Below are positions 10,520-23,300 of a stretch of DNA of 64,000 nt, piece by piece. The translations under genes were made by a program, and so were the position numbers. A model generated the notes under the pieces. It was not told the origin of the DNA. It saw only the letters and a list, made by a program, of their open reading frames with translations, and made no database searches. This DNA comes from Eledone cirrhosa (lineage: Eukaryota), in the NCBI GenBank assembly GCA_964016885.1, contig OZ024760.1:17546001-17610000 (forward strand), written 5' to 3'. The first letter of the stretch is position 1, and each line of letters starts with the position of its first letter.

Positions 10520-13500
10520 AAGGGGAGATAATTTGTAAAAAAATCAGGGGGAGATAATTTGTAAAAAAAATCAGGGGGAGATAATTTGTAAAAAAAAATC
10601 AGGGGGAGATAATTTGTAAAAAAAAGTCAGGGGGAGATAATTTGTAAAAAAAAATCAGGGGGAGATAATTTGTAAAAAAAATCAAGGGGAGATAATTTCC
10701 AGCCGTCCAAGGGGAGATAATTTTCAGCCGTCCAAGGGGAGATAATTTCCCGCCAGCCAAGGGAAGATAATATTTAAAAAAATCAGGCGGAGATAATTTG
10801 TAATAAAAATCAGGGGGAGATAATTTGTAAAAAAATCAGGGGGAGATAATTTGTAAAAAAAAATCAGGGGTAGATAATTTGTAAAAAAAAATAAGGGGGA
10901 GACAATTTGTAAAAAAAAATCAGGGGGAGATAATTTGTAAAAAAAATCAAGGGGAGATAATTTGTAAAAAAAATCAAGGGGAGATAATTTCCAGCCGTCC
11001 AAGGGGAGATAATTTTCAGCCGTCCAAGGAGAGGTAATTTCAAGCCGTCCAAGGGGAGATAATTTCCAGCCGTCCAAGGGGAGATAATTTCCAGCCGTCC
11101 AAGGGGAGATAATTTTTAAAAAAAAATCAGGCGGAGATAATTTGTAAAAAAAATCAGGGGGAGATAATTTGTAAAAAAAAATCAGGGGGAGATAATTTGT
11201 AAAAAAAAATCAGGGGGAGATAATTTGTAAAAAAAATCAAGGGGAGATAATTTCCAGCCGTCCAAGGGGAGATAATTTTCAGCCGTCCAAGGGGAGATAA
11301 TTTCCCGCCAGCCAAGGGAAGATAATATTTAAAAAAATCAGGATGATAATTTGTAAAAAAAATCAGGGGGAGATAATTTGTAAAAAAAAACAGGGGGAGA
11401 TAATTTGTAAAAAAAATCAGGGGGAGATAATTTGTAAAAAAAATCAAGTGGAGATAATTTGTAAAAAAAATCAAGGGGAGATAATTTCCAGCCGTCCAAG
11501 GGGAGATAATTTTCAGCCGTCCAAGGAGAGGTAATTTCAAGCCGTCCAAGGGGAGATAATTTCCAGCCGTCCAAAGGGAGATAATTTCCAGCCGTCCAAG
11601 GGTAGATAATTTCCAGCCGTCCAAGGGTAGATAAAATCCAGCCGTCCAAGGAGACATATTTGCCAGCCGTCCAAGGAGAGGTAATTTCTAGCCGTCCAAA
11701 GGGAGATAAATTCCAGCCTCCAAGGGGAGATAATTTTCAGCCAGCCAAGGGGAGATAATTTGTAAAAAAATCAGGGGGAGATAATTTGTAAAAAAAATCA
11801 GGGGGAGATAATTTGTAAAAAAAAATCAGGGGGAGATAATTTGTAAAAAAAAATCAGGGGGAGATAATTTGTAAAAAAAATCAAGGGGAGATAATTTCCA
11901 GCCGTCCAAGGGGAGATAATTTTCAGCCGTCCAAGGGGAGATAATTTCCCGCCAGCCAAGGGAAGATAATATTTTAAAAAATCAGGGGGAGATAATTTGT
12001 AAAAAAAATCAAGGGGAGATAATTTGTAAAAAAAATCAAGGGGAGATAATTTCCAGCCGTCCAAGGGGAGATAATTTTCAGCCGTCCAAGGAGAGGTAAT
12101 TTCAAGCCGTCCAAGGGGAGATAATTTCCAGCCGTCCAAGGGGAGATAATTTCCAGCCGTCCAAGGGGAGATAATTTTTTTAAAAAAATCAGTTGGAGAT
12201 AATTTGTAAACAAAATCAGGGGGAGATAATTTGTAAAAAAAAATCAGGGGGAGATAATTTGTAAAAAAAAATCAGGGGGAGATAATTTGTAAAAAAAAAT
12301 CAGGGGGAGATAATTTGTAAAAAAAATCAAGGGGAGATAATTTCCAGCCGTCCAAGGGGAGATAATTTTCAGCCGTCCAAGGGGAGATAATTTCCCGCCA
12401 GCCAAGGGGAGATAATATTTAAAAAAATCAGGCGGAGATAATTTGTAAAAAAAATCAGGGGGAGATAATTTGTAAAAAAATCAGGGGGAGATAATTTGTA
12501 AAAAAAAATCAGGGGTAGATAATTTGTAAAAAAAAATCAGGGGGAGATAATTTGTAAAAAAAATCAAGGGGAGATAATTTGTAAAAAAAATCAAGGGGAG
12601 ATAATTTCCAGCCGTCCAAGGGGAGATAATTTTCAGCCGTCCAAGGAGAGGTAATTTCCAGCCGTCCAAGGGTAGATAATATCCAGCCGTCCAAGGAGAC
12701 ATATTTGCCAGCCGTCCAAGGAGAGGTAATTTCTAGCCGTCCAAAGGGAGATAAATTCCAGCCTCCAAGGGGAGATAATTTCCAGCCAGCCAAGGGGAGA
12801 TAATTTGTAAAAAAATCAGGGGGAGATAATTTGTAAAAAAAATCAGGGGGAGATAATTTGTAAAAAAAAATCAGGGGGAGATAATTTGTAAAAAAAAATC
12901 AGGGGGAGATAATTTGTAAAAAAAATCAAGGGGAGATAATTTCCACCCGTCCAAGGGGAGATAATTTTCAGCCGTCCAAGGGGAGATAATTTCCCGCCAG
13001 CCAAGGGAAGATAATATTTAAAAAAATCAGGCGGAGATAATTTGTAAAAAAAATCAGGGGGAGATAATTTGTAAAAAAATCAGGGGAGATAATTTCCAGC
13101 CGTCCAAGGGGAGGTAATATCTAGACGTCCAAGGGGAGATAATTTCCAGCCGTGCAAGGGGAGATAATTTCCAGCCGTCCAAGTTTAGATAATATCCAGC
13201 CGTCCAAGGAGACATATTTTCCAGCCGTCCAAGGAGAGGTAATTTCTAGCCGTCCAAAGGGAGATAAATTCCAGCCTCCAAGGGGAGATAATTTCCAGCC
13301 AGCCAAGGGGAGATAATTTGTAAAAAGGTCAGGGGGAGATAATTTGTAAAAAAAATCAGGGGGAGATAATTTGTAAAAAAAAATCAGGGGGAGATAATTT
13401 GTAAAAAAAATCAGGGGGAGATAATTTGTAAAAAAATCAGGGGGAGATAATTTGTAAAAAAAAATCAGGGGTAGATAATTTGTAAAAAAAAATAAGGGGG

Positions 13501-14362
13501 AGATAATTTGTAAAAAAAAATCAGGCGGAGATAATTTATAAAAAAAATCAAGGGGAGATAATTTGTAAAAAAAATCAAGGGGAGATAATTTCCAGCCGTC
13601 CAAGGGGAGATAATTTTCAGCCGTCCAAGGAGAGGTAATTTCAAGCCGTCCAAGGGGAGATAATTTCCAGCCGTCCAAGGGGAGATAATTTCCAGCCGTC
13701 CAAGGGGAGATAATTTTTTTAAAAAAATCAGGCGGAGATAATTTGTAAAAAAAATCAGGGGGAGATAATTTGTAAAAAAAAATCAGGGGGAGATAATTTG
13801 TAAAAAAAATCAGGGGGAGATAATTTGTAAAAAAAAATCAGGGGGAGATAATTTGTAAAAAAAATCAAGGGGAGATAATTTGTAAAAAAAATCAAGGGGA
13901 GATAATTTCCAGCCGTCCAAGGGGAGATACTTTTCAGCCGTCCAAGGAGAGGTAATTTCAAGCCGTCCAAGGGGAGATAATTTCCAGCCGTCCAAGGGGA
14001 GATAATTTCCAGCCGTCCAAGGGGAGATAATATCCAGCCGTCCAAGGAGACATATTTGCCAGCCGTCCAAGGAGAGGTAATTTCTAGCCGTCCAAAGGGA
14101 GATAAATTCCAGCCTCCAAGGGGAGATAATTTCCAGCCAGCCAAGGGGAGATAATTTGTAAAAAAATCAGGGGGAGATAATTTGTAAAAAAAATCAGGGG
14201 GAGATAATTTGTAAAAAAAAATCAGGGGGAGATAATTTGTAAAAAAAAATCAGGGGTAGATAATTTGTAAAAAAAAATCAGGGGGAGATAATTTGTATAA
14301 AAAAATCAGGGGGAGATAATTTGTAAAAAAAATCAAGGGGAGATAATTTGTAAAAAAAATCA

Positions 14363-17300
14363 AGGGGAGATAATTTGTAAAAAAAATCAAAGGGAGATAA
14401 TTTCCAGCCGTCCAAAGAGAGATAATTTCTAGCCGTCCAAGGGGAGATAATTTCGAGCCAAGGGGAGATAATTTCCAGCCGTCCAAGGGGAGATAATTTT
14501 TTAAAAAATCAGGTGGAGATAATTTGTAAAAAAAATCAGGGGGAGATAATTTGTAAAAACAAAATCAAGGGCAGATAATTTCCAGCTGTCCAAGGGGAGA
14601 TAATTTCCAGCCGTGCAAGGGGAGATAATTTCCAGCCGTCCAAGGGGAGATAATTTCCATCCTTCCAAGGGGAGATAATTTCCAGCCGTCCAAGGGGAGA
14701 TAATTTCCCGCCAGCCAAGGGAAGATAATTTTTTAAAAAATCTGGCGGAGATTGTAAAAAAAATCAGGGGGAGGTAATTTGTAAAAAAAAATCAGGGGGA
14801 GATAATTTGTAAAAAAAATCAGGGGTAGATAATTTGTAAAAAAAATCAGGGGGAGATAATTTGTAAAAAAAAATCAGGGGGAGATAATTTGTAAAAAAAA
14901 TCAAGGGGAGATAATTTGCAGCCGTCCGAGGGGAGATAATTTTCAGCCGTCCAAGGAGAGGTAATTTCTAGCCGTCCAAGGGGAGATAATTTCCAGCCGT
15001 CCAAGGGGAGATAATTTCCAGCCGTCCAAGGGGAGATAATTTTTTTAAAAAAATCAGGGAGATAATTTGTAAAAAAAAAATCAGGGGGAGATAATTTGTA
15101 AAAAAAAATCAGGGTGAGATAATTTGTAAAAAAAAATCAGGGGGAGATAATTTGTAAAAAAAATCAAGGGGAGATAATTTCCAGCCGTCCAAGGGAAGAT
15201 AATTTCCAGCCCTTCAAGGGGCTATAATTTCCAGCGTCCAAGGGGAGATAATTTCCAGCCAGCGAAGGGGAGATAATTCTTTTTAAGAATTCATTGGGAG
15301 ATTTGTAAAAAAAATCAGGGGGAGATAATTTGTAAAAAAAATCAAGGGGAGATAATTTCCAGCCGTCCAAGGGGAGGTAATATCTAGCCGTCCAAGGGGA
15401 GATAATTTCGAGCCGTGCAAGGGGAGATCATTTCCAGCCGTCCAAGTGTAGATAATATCCAGCCGTCCAAGGAGACATATTTTCCAGCCGTCCAAGGAGA
15501 GGTAATTTCTAGCCGTCCAAAGGGAGATAAATTCCAGCCTCCAAGGGGAGATAATTTCCAGCCAGCCAAGGGTAGATAATTTGTAAAAAGATCAGGGGGA
15601 GATAATCTGTAAAAAAAATCAGGGGGAGATAATTTGTAAAAAAAAATCAGGGGGAGATAATTTATAAAAAAAAATCAGGGGGAGATAATTTGTAAAAAAA
15701 AATCAGGGGGAGATAATTTGTAAAAAAAATCAAGGGGAGATAATTTCCAGCCGTCCAAGGGGAGATAATTTTCAGCCGTCCAAGGGGAGATAATTTCCCG
15801 CCAGCCAAGGGAAGACAATATTTTAAAAAATCAGGCGGAGATAATTTGTAAAAAAAATCAGGGGGAGATAATTTGTAAAAAAATCAGGGGGAGATAATTT
15901 GTAAAAAAAATCAGGGGTAGATAATTTGTAAAAAAAAATAAGGGGGAGATAATTTGTAAAAAAAAATCAGGGGGAGATAATTTGTAAAAAAAATCAAGGG
16001 GAGATAATTTGTAAAAAAAATCAAGGGGAGATAATTTCCAGCCGTCCAAGGGAAGATAATTTTTTAAAAAATCAGGCGGAGATTGTAAAAAAAATCAGGG
16101 GGAGGTAATTTGTAAAAAAAAATCAGGGGGAGATAATTTGTAAAAAAAATCAGGGGTAGATAATTTGTAAAAAAAATCAGGGGGAGATAATTTGTAAAAA
16201 AAAATCAGGGGGAGATAATTTGTAAAAAAAATCAAGGGGAGATAATTTGCAGCCGTCCAAGGGGAGATAATTTTCAGCCGTCCAAGGAGAGGTAATTTCT
16301 AGCCGTCCAAGGGGAGATAATTTCCAGCCGTCCAAGGGGAGATAATTTCCAGCCGTCCAAGGGGAGATAATTTTTTTAAAAAAATCAGGCGGAGATAATT
16401 TGTAAAAAAAAAATCAGGGGGAGATAATTTGTAAAAAAAAATCAGGGTGAGATAATTTGTAAAAAAAAATCAGGGGGAGATAATTTGTAAAAAAAATCAA
16501 GGGGAGATAATTTCCAGCCGTCCAAGGGAAGATAATTTCCAGCCCTCCAAGGGGCTATAATTTCCAGCGTCCAAGGGGAGATAATTTCCAGCCAGCGAAG
16601 GGGAGATAATTTTTTTTAAAAATCATTGGGAGATTTGTAAAAAAAATCAGGGGGAGATAATTTGTAAAAAAAATCAAGGGGAGATAATTTCCAGCCGTCC
16701 AAGGGGAGGTAATATCTAGCCGTCCAAGGGGAGATAATTTCCAGCCGTGCAAGGGGAGATAATTTCCAGCCGTCCAAGTTTAGATAATATTCAGCCGTCC
16801 AAGGAGACATATTTTCCAGCCGTCCAAGGAGAGGTAATTTCTAGCCGTCCAAAGGGAGATAAATTCCAGCCTCCAAGGGGAGATAATTTCCAGCCAGCCA
16901 AGGGGAGATAATTTGTAAAAAGATCAGGGGGAGAGAATTTGTAAAAAAAATCAGGGGGAGATAATTTGTAAAAAAAAATCAGGGGGAGATAATTTGTAAA
17001 AAAAAATCAGGGGGAGATAATTTGTAAAAAAAAATCAGGGGGAGATAATTTGTAAAAAAAATCAAGGGGAGATAATTTCCAGCCGTCCAAGGGGAGATAA
17101 TTTTCAGCCGTCCAAGGGGAGATAATTTCCCGCCAGCCAAGGGAAGATAATATTTAAAAAAATCAGGCGGAGATAATTTGTAAAAAAAATCAGGGGGAGA
17201 TAATTTGTAAAAAAATCAGGGGGAGATAATTTGTAAAAAAAATCAGGGGTAGATAATTTGTAAAAAAAAATAAGGGGGAGATAATTTGTAAAAAAAATCA

Positions 17301-20300
17301 GGGGGAGATAATTTGTAAAAAAAATCAAGGGGAGATAATTTGTAAAAAAAATCAAGGGGAGATAATTTCCAGCCGTCCAAGGGAAGATAATTTTTTAAAA
17401 AATCAGGCGGAGATTGTAAAAAAAATCAGGGGGAGGTAATTTGTAAAAAAAAATCAGGGGGAGATAATTTGTAAAAAAAATCAGGGGTAGATAATTTGTA
17501 AAAAAAATCAGGGGGAGATAATTTGTAAAAAAAAATCAGGGGGAGATAATTTGTAAAAAAAATCAAGGGGAGATAATTTGCAGCCGTCCAAGGGGAGATA
17601 ATTTTCAGCCGTCCAAGGAGAGGTAATTTCTAGCCGTCCAAGGGGAGATAATTTCCAGCCGTCCAAGGGGAGATAATTTCCAGCCGTCCAAGGGGAGATA
17701 ATTTTTTTAAAAAAATCAGGCGGAGATAATTTGTAAAAAAAAAATCAGGGGGAGATAATTTGTAAAAAAAAATCAGGGTGAGATAATTTGTAAAAAAAAA
17801 TCAGGGGGAGATAATTTGTAAAAAAAATCAAGGGGAGATAATTTCCAGCCGTCCAAGGGAAGATAATTTCCAGCCCTCCAAGGGGCTATAATTTCCAGCG
17901 TCCAAGGGGAGATAATTTCCAGCCAGCGAAGGGGAGATAATTTTTTAAAAAAATCATTGGGAGATTTGTAAAAAAAATCAGGGGGAGATAATTTGTAAAA
18001 AAAATCAAGGGGAGATAATTTCCAGCCGTCCAAGGGGAGGTAATATCTAGCCGTCCAAGGGGAGATAATTTCCAGCCGTGCAAGGGGAGATAATTTCCAG
18101 CCGTCCAAGTTTAGATAATATCCAGCCGTCCAAGGTCACATATTTTCCAGCCGTCCAAGGAGAGGTAATTTCTAGCCGTCCAAAGGGAGATAAATTCCAG
18201 CCTCCAAGGGGAGATAATTTCCAGCCAGCCAAGGGGAGATAATTTGTAAAAAGATCAGGGGGAGATAATTTGTAAAAAAAATCAGGGGGAGATAATTTGT
18301 AAAAAAAAATCAGGGGGAGATAATTTGTAAAAAAAAATCAGGGGGAGATAATTTGTAAAAAAAAATCAGGGGGAGATAATTTGTAAAAAAAATCAAGGGG
18401 AGATAATTTCCAGCCGTCCAAGGGGAGATAATTTTCAGCCGTCCAAGGGGAGATAATTTCCCGCCAGCCAAGGGAAGATAATATTTAAAAAAATCAGGCG
18501 GAGATAATTTGTAAAAAAAATCAGGGGGAGATAATTTGTAAAAAAATCAGGGGGAGATAATTTGTAAAAAAAAATCAGGGGTAGATAATTTGTAAAAAAA
18601 ATAAGGGGGAGATAATTTGTAAAAAAAATCAGGGGGAGATAATTTGTAAAAAAAATCAAGGGGAGATAATTTGTAAAAAAAAAATCAGGGGGAGATAATT
18701 TGTAAAAAAAAATCAGGGTGAGATAATTTGTAAAAAAAAATCAGGGGGAGATAATTTGTAAAAAAAATCAAGGGGAGATAATTTCCAGCCGTCCAAGGGA
18801 AGATAATTTCCAGCCCTCCAAGGGGCTATAATTTCCAGCGTCCAAGGGGAGATAATTTCCAGCCAGCGAAGGGGAGATAATTTTTTTTAAAAATCATTGG
18901 GAGATTTGTAAAAAAAATCAGGGGGAGATAATTTGTAAAAAAAATCAAGGGGAGATAATTTCCAGCCGTCCAAGGGGAGGTAATATCTAGCCGTCCAAGG
19001 GGAGATAATTTCCAGCCGTGCAAGGGGAGATAATTTCCAGCCGTCCAAGTTTAGATAATATCCAGCCGTCCAAGGAGACATATTTTCCAGCCGTCCAAGG
19101 AGAGGTAATTTCTAGCCGTCCAAAGGGAGATAAATTCCAGCCTCCAAGGGGAGATAATTTCCAGCCAGCCAAGGGGAGATAATTTGTAAAAAGATCAGGG
19201 GGAGAGAATTTGTAAAAAAAATCAGGGGGAGATAATTTGTAAAAAAAAATCAGGGGGAGATAATTTGTAAAAAAAAATCAGGGGGAGATAATTTGTAAAA
19301 AAAAATCAGGGGGAGATAATTTGTAAAAAAAATCAAGGGGAGATAATTTCCAGCCGTCCAAGGGGAGATAATTTTCAGCCGTCCAAGGGGAGATAATTTC
19401 CCGCCAGCCAAGGGAAGATAATATTTAAAAAAATCAGGCGGAGATAATTTGTAAAAAAAATCAGGGGGAGATAATTTGTAAAAAAATCAGGGGGAGATAA
19501 TTTGTAAAAAAAATCAGGGGTAGATAATTTGTAAAAAAAAATAAGGGGGAGATAATTTGTAAAAAAAATCAGGGGGAGATAATTTGTAAAAAAAATCAAG
19601 GGGAGATAATTTGTAAAAAAAATCAAGGGGAGATAATTTCCAGCCGTCCAAGGGAAGATAATTTTTTAAAAAATCAGGCGGAGATTGTAAAAAAAATCAG
19701 GGGGAGGTAATTTGTAAAAAAAAATCAGGGGGAGATAATTTGTAAAAAAAATCAGGGGTAGATAATTTGTAAAAAAAATCAGGGGGAGATAATTTGTAAA
19801 AAAAAATCAGGGGGAGATAATTTGTAAAAAAAATCAAGGGGAGATAATTTGCAGCCGTCCAAGGGGAGATAATTTTCAGCCGTCCAAGGAGAGGTAATTT
19901 CTAGCCGTCCAAGGGGAGATAATTTCCAGCCGTCCAAGGGGAGATAATTTCCAGCCGTCCAAGGGGAGATAATTTTTTTAAAAAAATCAGGCGGAGATAA
20001 TTTGTAAAAAAAAAATCAGGGGGAGATAATTTGTAAAAAAAAATCAGGGTGAGATAATTTGTAAAAAAAAATCAGGGGGAGATAATTTGTAAAAAAAATC
20101 AAGGGGAGATAATTTCCAGCCGTCCAAGGGAAGATAATTTCCAGCCCTCCAAGGGGCTATAATTTCCAGCGTCCAAGGGGAGATAATTTCCAGCCAGCGA
20201 AGGGGAGATAATTTTTTAAAAAAATCATTGGGAGATTTGTAAAAAAAATCAGGGGGAGATAATTTGTAAAAAAAATCAAGGGGAGATAATTTCCAGCCGT

Positions 20301-23300
20301 CCAAGGGGAGGTAATATCTAGCCGTCCAAGGGGAGATAATTTCCAGCCGTGCAAGGGGAGATAATTTCCAGCCGTCCAAGTTTAGATAATATCCAGCCGT
20401 CCAAGGTCACATATTTTCCAGCCGTCCAAGGAGAGGTAATTTCTAGCCGTCCAAAGGGAGATAAATTCCAGCCTCCAAGGGGAGATAATTTCCAGCCAGC
20501 CAAGGGGAGATAATTTGTAAAAAGATCAGGGGGAGATAATTTGTAAAAAAAATCAGGGGGAGATAATTTGTAAAAAAAAATCAGGGGGAGATAATTTGTA
20601 AAAAAAAATCAGGGGGAGATAATTTGTAAAAAAAAATCAGGGGGAGATAATTTGTAAAAAAAATCAAGGGGAGATAATTTCCAGCCGTCCAAGGGGAGAT
20701 AATTTTCAGCCGTCCAAGGGGAGATAATTTCCCGCCAGCCAAGGGAAGATAATATTTAAAAAAATCAGGCGGAGATAATTTGTAAAAAAAATCAGGGGGA
20801 GATAATTTGTAAAAAAATCAGGGGGAGATAATTTGTAAAAAAAAATCAGGGGTAGATAATTTGTAAAAAAAATAAGGGGGAGATAATTTGTAAAAAAAAT
20901 CAGGGGGAGATAATTTGTAAAAAAAATCAAGGGGAGATAATTTGTAAAAAAAATCAAGGGGAGATAATTTCCAGCCGTCCAAGGGGAGATAATTTTCAGC
21001 CGTCCAAGGAGAGGTAATTTCAAGCCGTCCAAGGGGAGATAATTTCCAGCCGTCCAAGGGGAGATAATTTCCAGCCGTCCAAGGGGAGATAATTTTTTTA
21101 AAAAAATCAGGCGGAGATAATTTGTAAAAAAAATCAGGGGGAGATAATTTGTAAAAAAAAATCAGGGGGAGATAATTTGTAAAAAAAATCAGGGGGAGAT
21201 AATTTGTAAAAAAAAATCAGGGGGAGATAATTTGTAAAAAAAATCAAGGGGAGATAATTTCCAGCCGTCCAAGGGGAGATAATTTTCAGCCGTCCAAGGG
21301 GAGATAATTTCCCGCCAGCCAAGGGAAGATAATATTTAAAAAAATCAGGATGATAATTTGTAAAAAAAATCAGGGGGAGATAATTTGTAAAAAAATCAGG
21401 GGGAGATAATTTGTAAAAAAAAATCAGGGGTAGATAATTTGTAAAAAAAAATCAGGGGGAGATAATTTGTAAAAAAAAATCAGGGGGAGATAATTTGTAA
21501 AAAAAATCAAGGGGAGATAATTTGTAAAAAAAATCAAGGGGAGATAATTTCCAGCCGTCCAAGGGGAGATAATTTTCAGCCGTCCAAGGAGAGGTAATTT
21601 CAAGCCGTCCAAGGGGAGATAATTTCCAGCCGTCCAAGGGGAGATAATTTCCAGCCGTCCAAGGGGAGATAATTTCCAGCCGTCCAAGGGTAGATAAAAT
21701 CCAGCCGTCCAAGGAGACATATTTGCCAACCGTCCAAGGAGAGGTAATTTCTAGCCGTCCAAAGGGAGATAAATTCCAGCCTCCAAGGGGAGATAATTTC
21801 CAGCCAGCCAAGGGGAGATAATTTGTAAAAAAATCAGGGGGAGATAATTTGTAAAAAAAATCAGGGGGAGATAATTTGTAAAAAAAAATCAGGGGGAGAT
21901 AATTTGTAAAAAAAAATCAGGGGGAGATAATTTGTAAAAAAAAATCAGGGGGAGATAATTTGTAAAAAAAATCAAGGGGAGATAATTTCCAGCCGTCCAA
22001 GGGGAGATAATTTTCAGCCGTCCAAGGGGAGATAATTTCCCGCCAGCCAAGGGAAGATAATATTTAAAAAAATCAGGGGGAGATAATTTGTAAAAAAAAT
22101 CAAGGGGAGATAATTTGTAAAAAAATCAAGGGGAGATAATTTCCAGCCGTATAAGGGGAGATAATTTTCAGCCGTCCAAGGAGAGGTAATTTCAAGCCGT
22201 CCAAGGGGAGATAATTTCCAGCCGTCCAAGGGGAGATAATTTCCCGCCAGCCAAGGGAAGATAATATTTAAAAAAATCAGGATGATAATTTGTAAAAAAA
22301 ATCAGGGGGAGATAATTTGTAAAAAAATCAGGGGGAGATAATTTGTAAAAAAAATCAGGGGTAGATAATTTGTAAAAAAAAATCAGGGGGAGATAATTTG
22401 TAAAAAAAAATCAGGGGGAGATAATTTGTAAAAAAAATCAAGGGGAGATAATTTGTAAAAAAAATCAAGGGGAGATAATTTCCAGCCGTCCAAGGGGAGA
22501 TAATTTTCAGCCGTCCAAGGAGAGGTAATTTCAAGCCGTCCAAGGGGAGATAATTTCCAGCCGTCCAAGGGGAGATAATTTCCAGCCTTCCAAGGGGAGA
22601 TAATTTCCAGCCGTCCAAGGGTAGATAAAATCCAGCCGTCCAAGGAGACATATTTGCCAGCCGTCCAAGGAGAGGTAATTTCTAGCCGTCCAAAGGGAGA
22701 TAAATTCCAGCCTCCAAGGGGAGATAATTTCCAGCCAGCCAAGGGGAGATAATTTGTAAAAAGATCAGGGGGAGATAATTTGTAAAAAAAATCAGGGGGA
22801 GATAATTTGTAAAAAAAAATCAGGGGGAGATAATTTGTAAAAAAAAAATCAGGGGGAGATAATTTGTAAAAAAAAATCAGGGGGAGATAATTTGTAAAAA
22901 AAATCAAGGGGAGATAATTTCCAGCCGTCCAAGGGGAGATAATTTTCAGCCGTCCAAGGGGAGATAATTTCCCGCCAGCCAAGGGAAGATAATATTTAAA
23001 AAAATCAGGGGGAGATAATTTGTAAAAAAAATCAAGGGGAGATAATTTGTAAAAAAAATCAAGGGGAGATAATTTCCAGCCGTCCAAGGGGAGATAATTT
23101 TCAGCCGTCCAAGGAGAGGTAATTTCAAGCCGTCCAAGGGGAGATAATTTCCAGCCGTCCAAGGGGAGATAATTTCCAGCCGTCCAAGGGGAGATAATTT
23201 TTTTAAAAAAATCAGTCGGAGATAATTTGTAAAAAAAATCAGGGGGAGATAATTTGTAAAAAAAAATCAGGGGGAGATAATTTGTAAAAAAAAATCAGGG

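Larger units (their letters stand above)
1..13881 (+). repeat. Large higher-order repeat, copy 1 (left end truncated by the window; period 14,362 bp)
   Basis: Position 1 onward matches 14363 onward. Private markers CAGCTG (221/14583) and GAATTC (925/15287). ORF track repeats at +14362 up to ~9430 and +14700 afterwards. Confidence 0.96.

Noticed and set aside
11343-11534. Plus-strand 63-aa ORF (EIICKKNQG repeats; copy at 26043)
   Set aside because: A chance run of 27-bp B monomers keeps one frame open after an ATG created by the CAGGATG variant.
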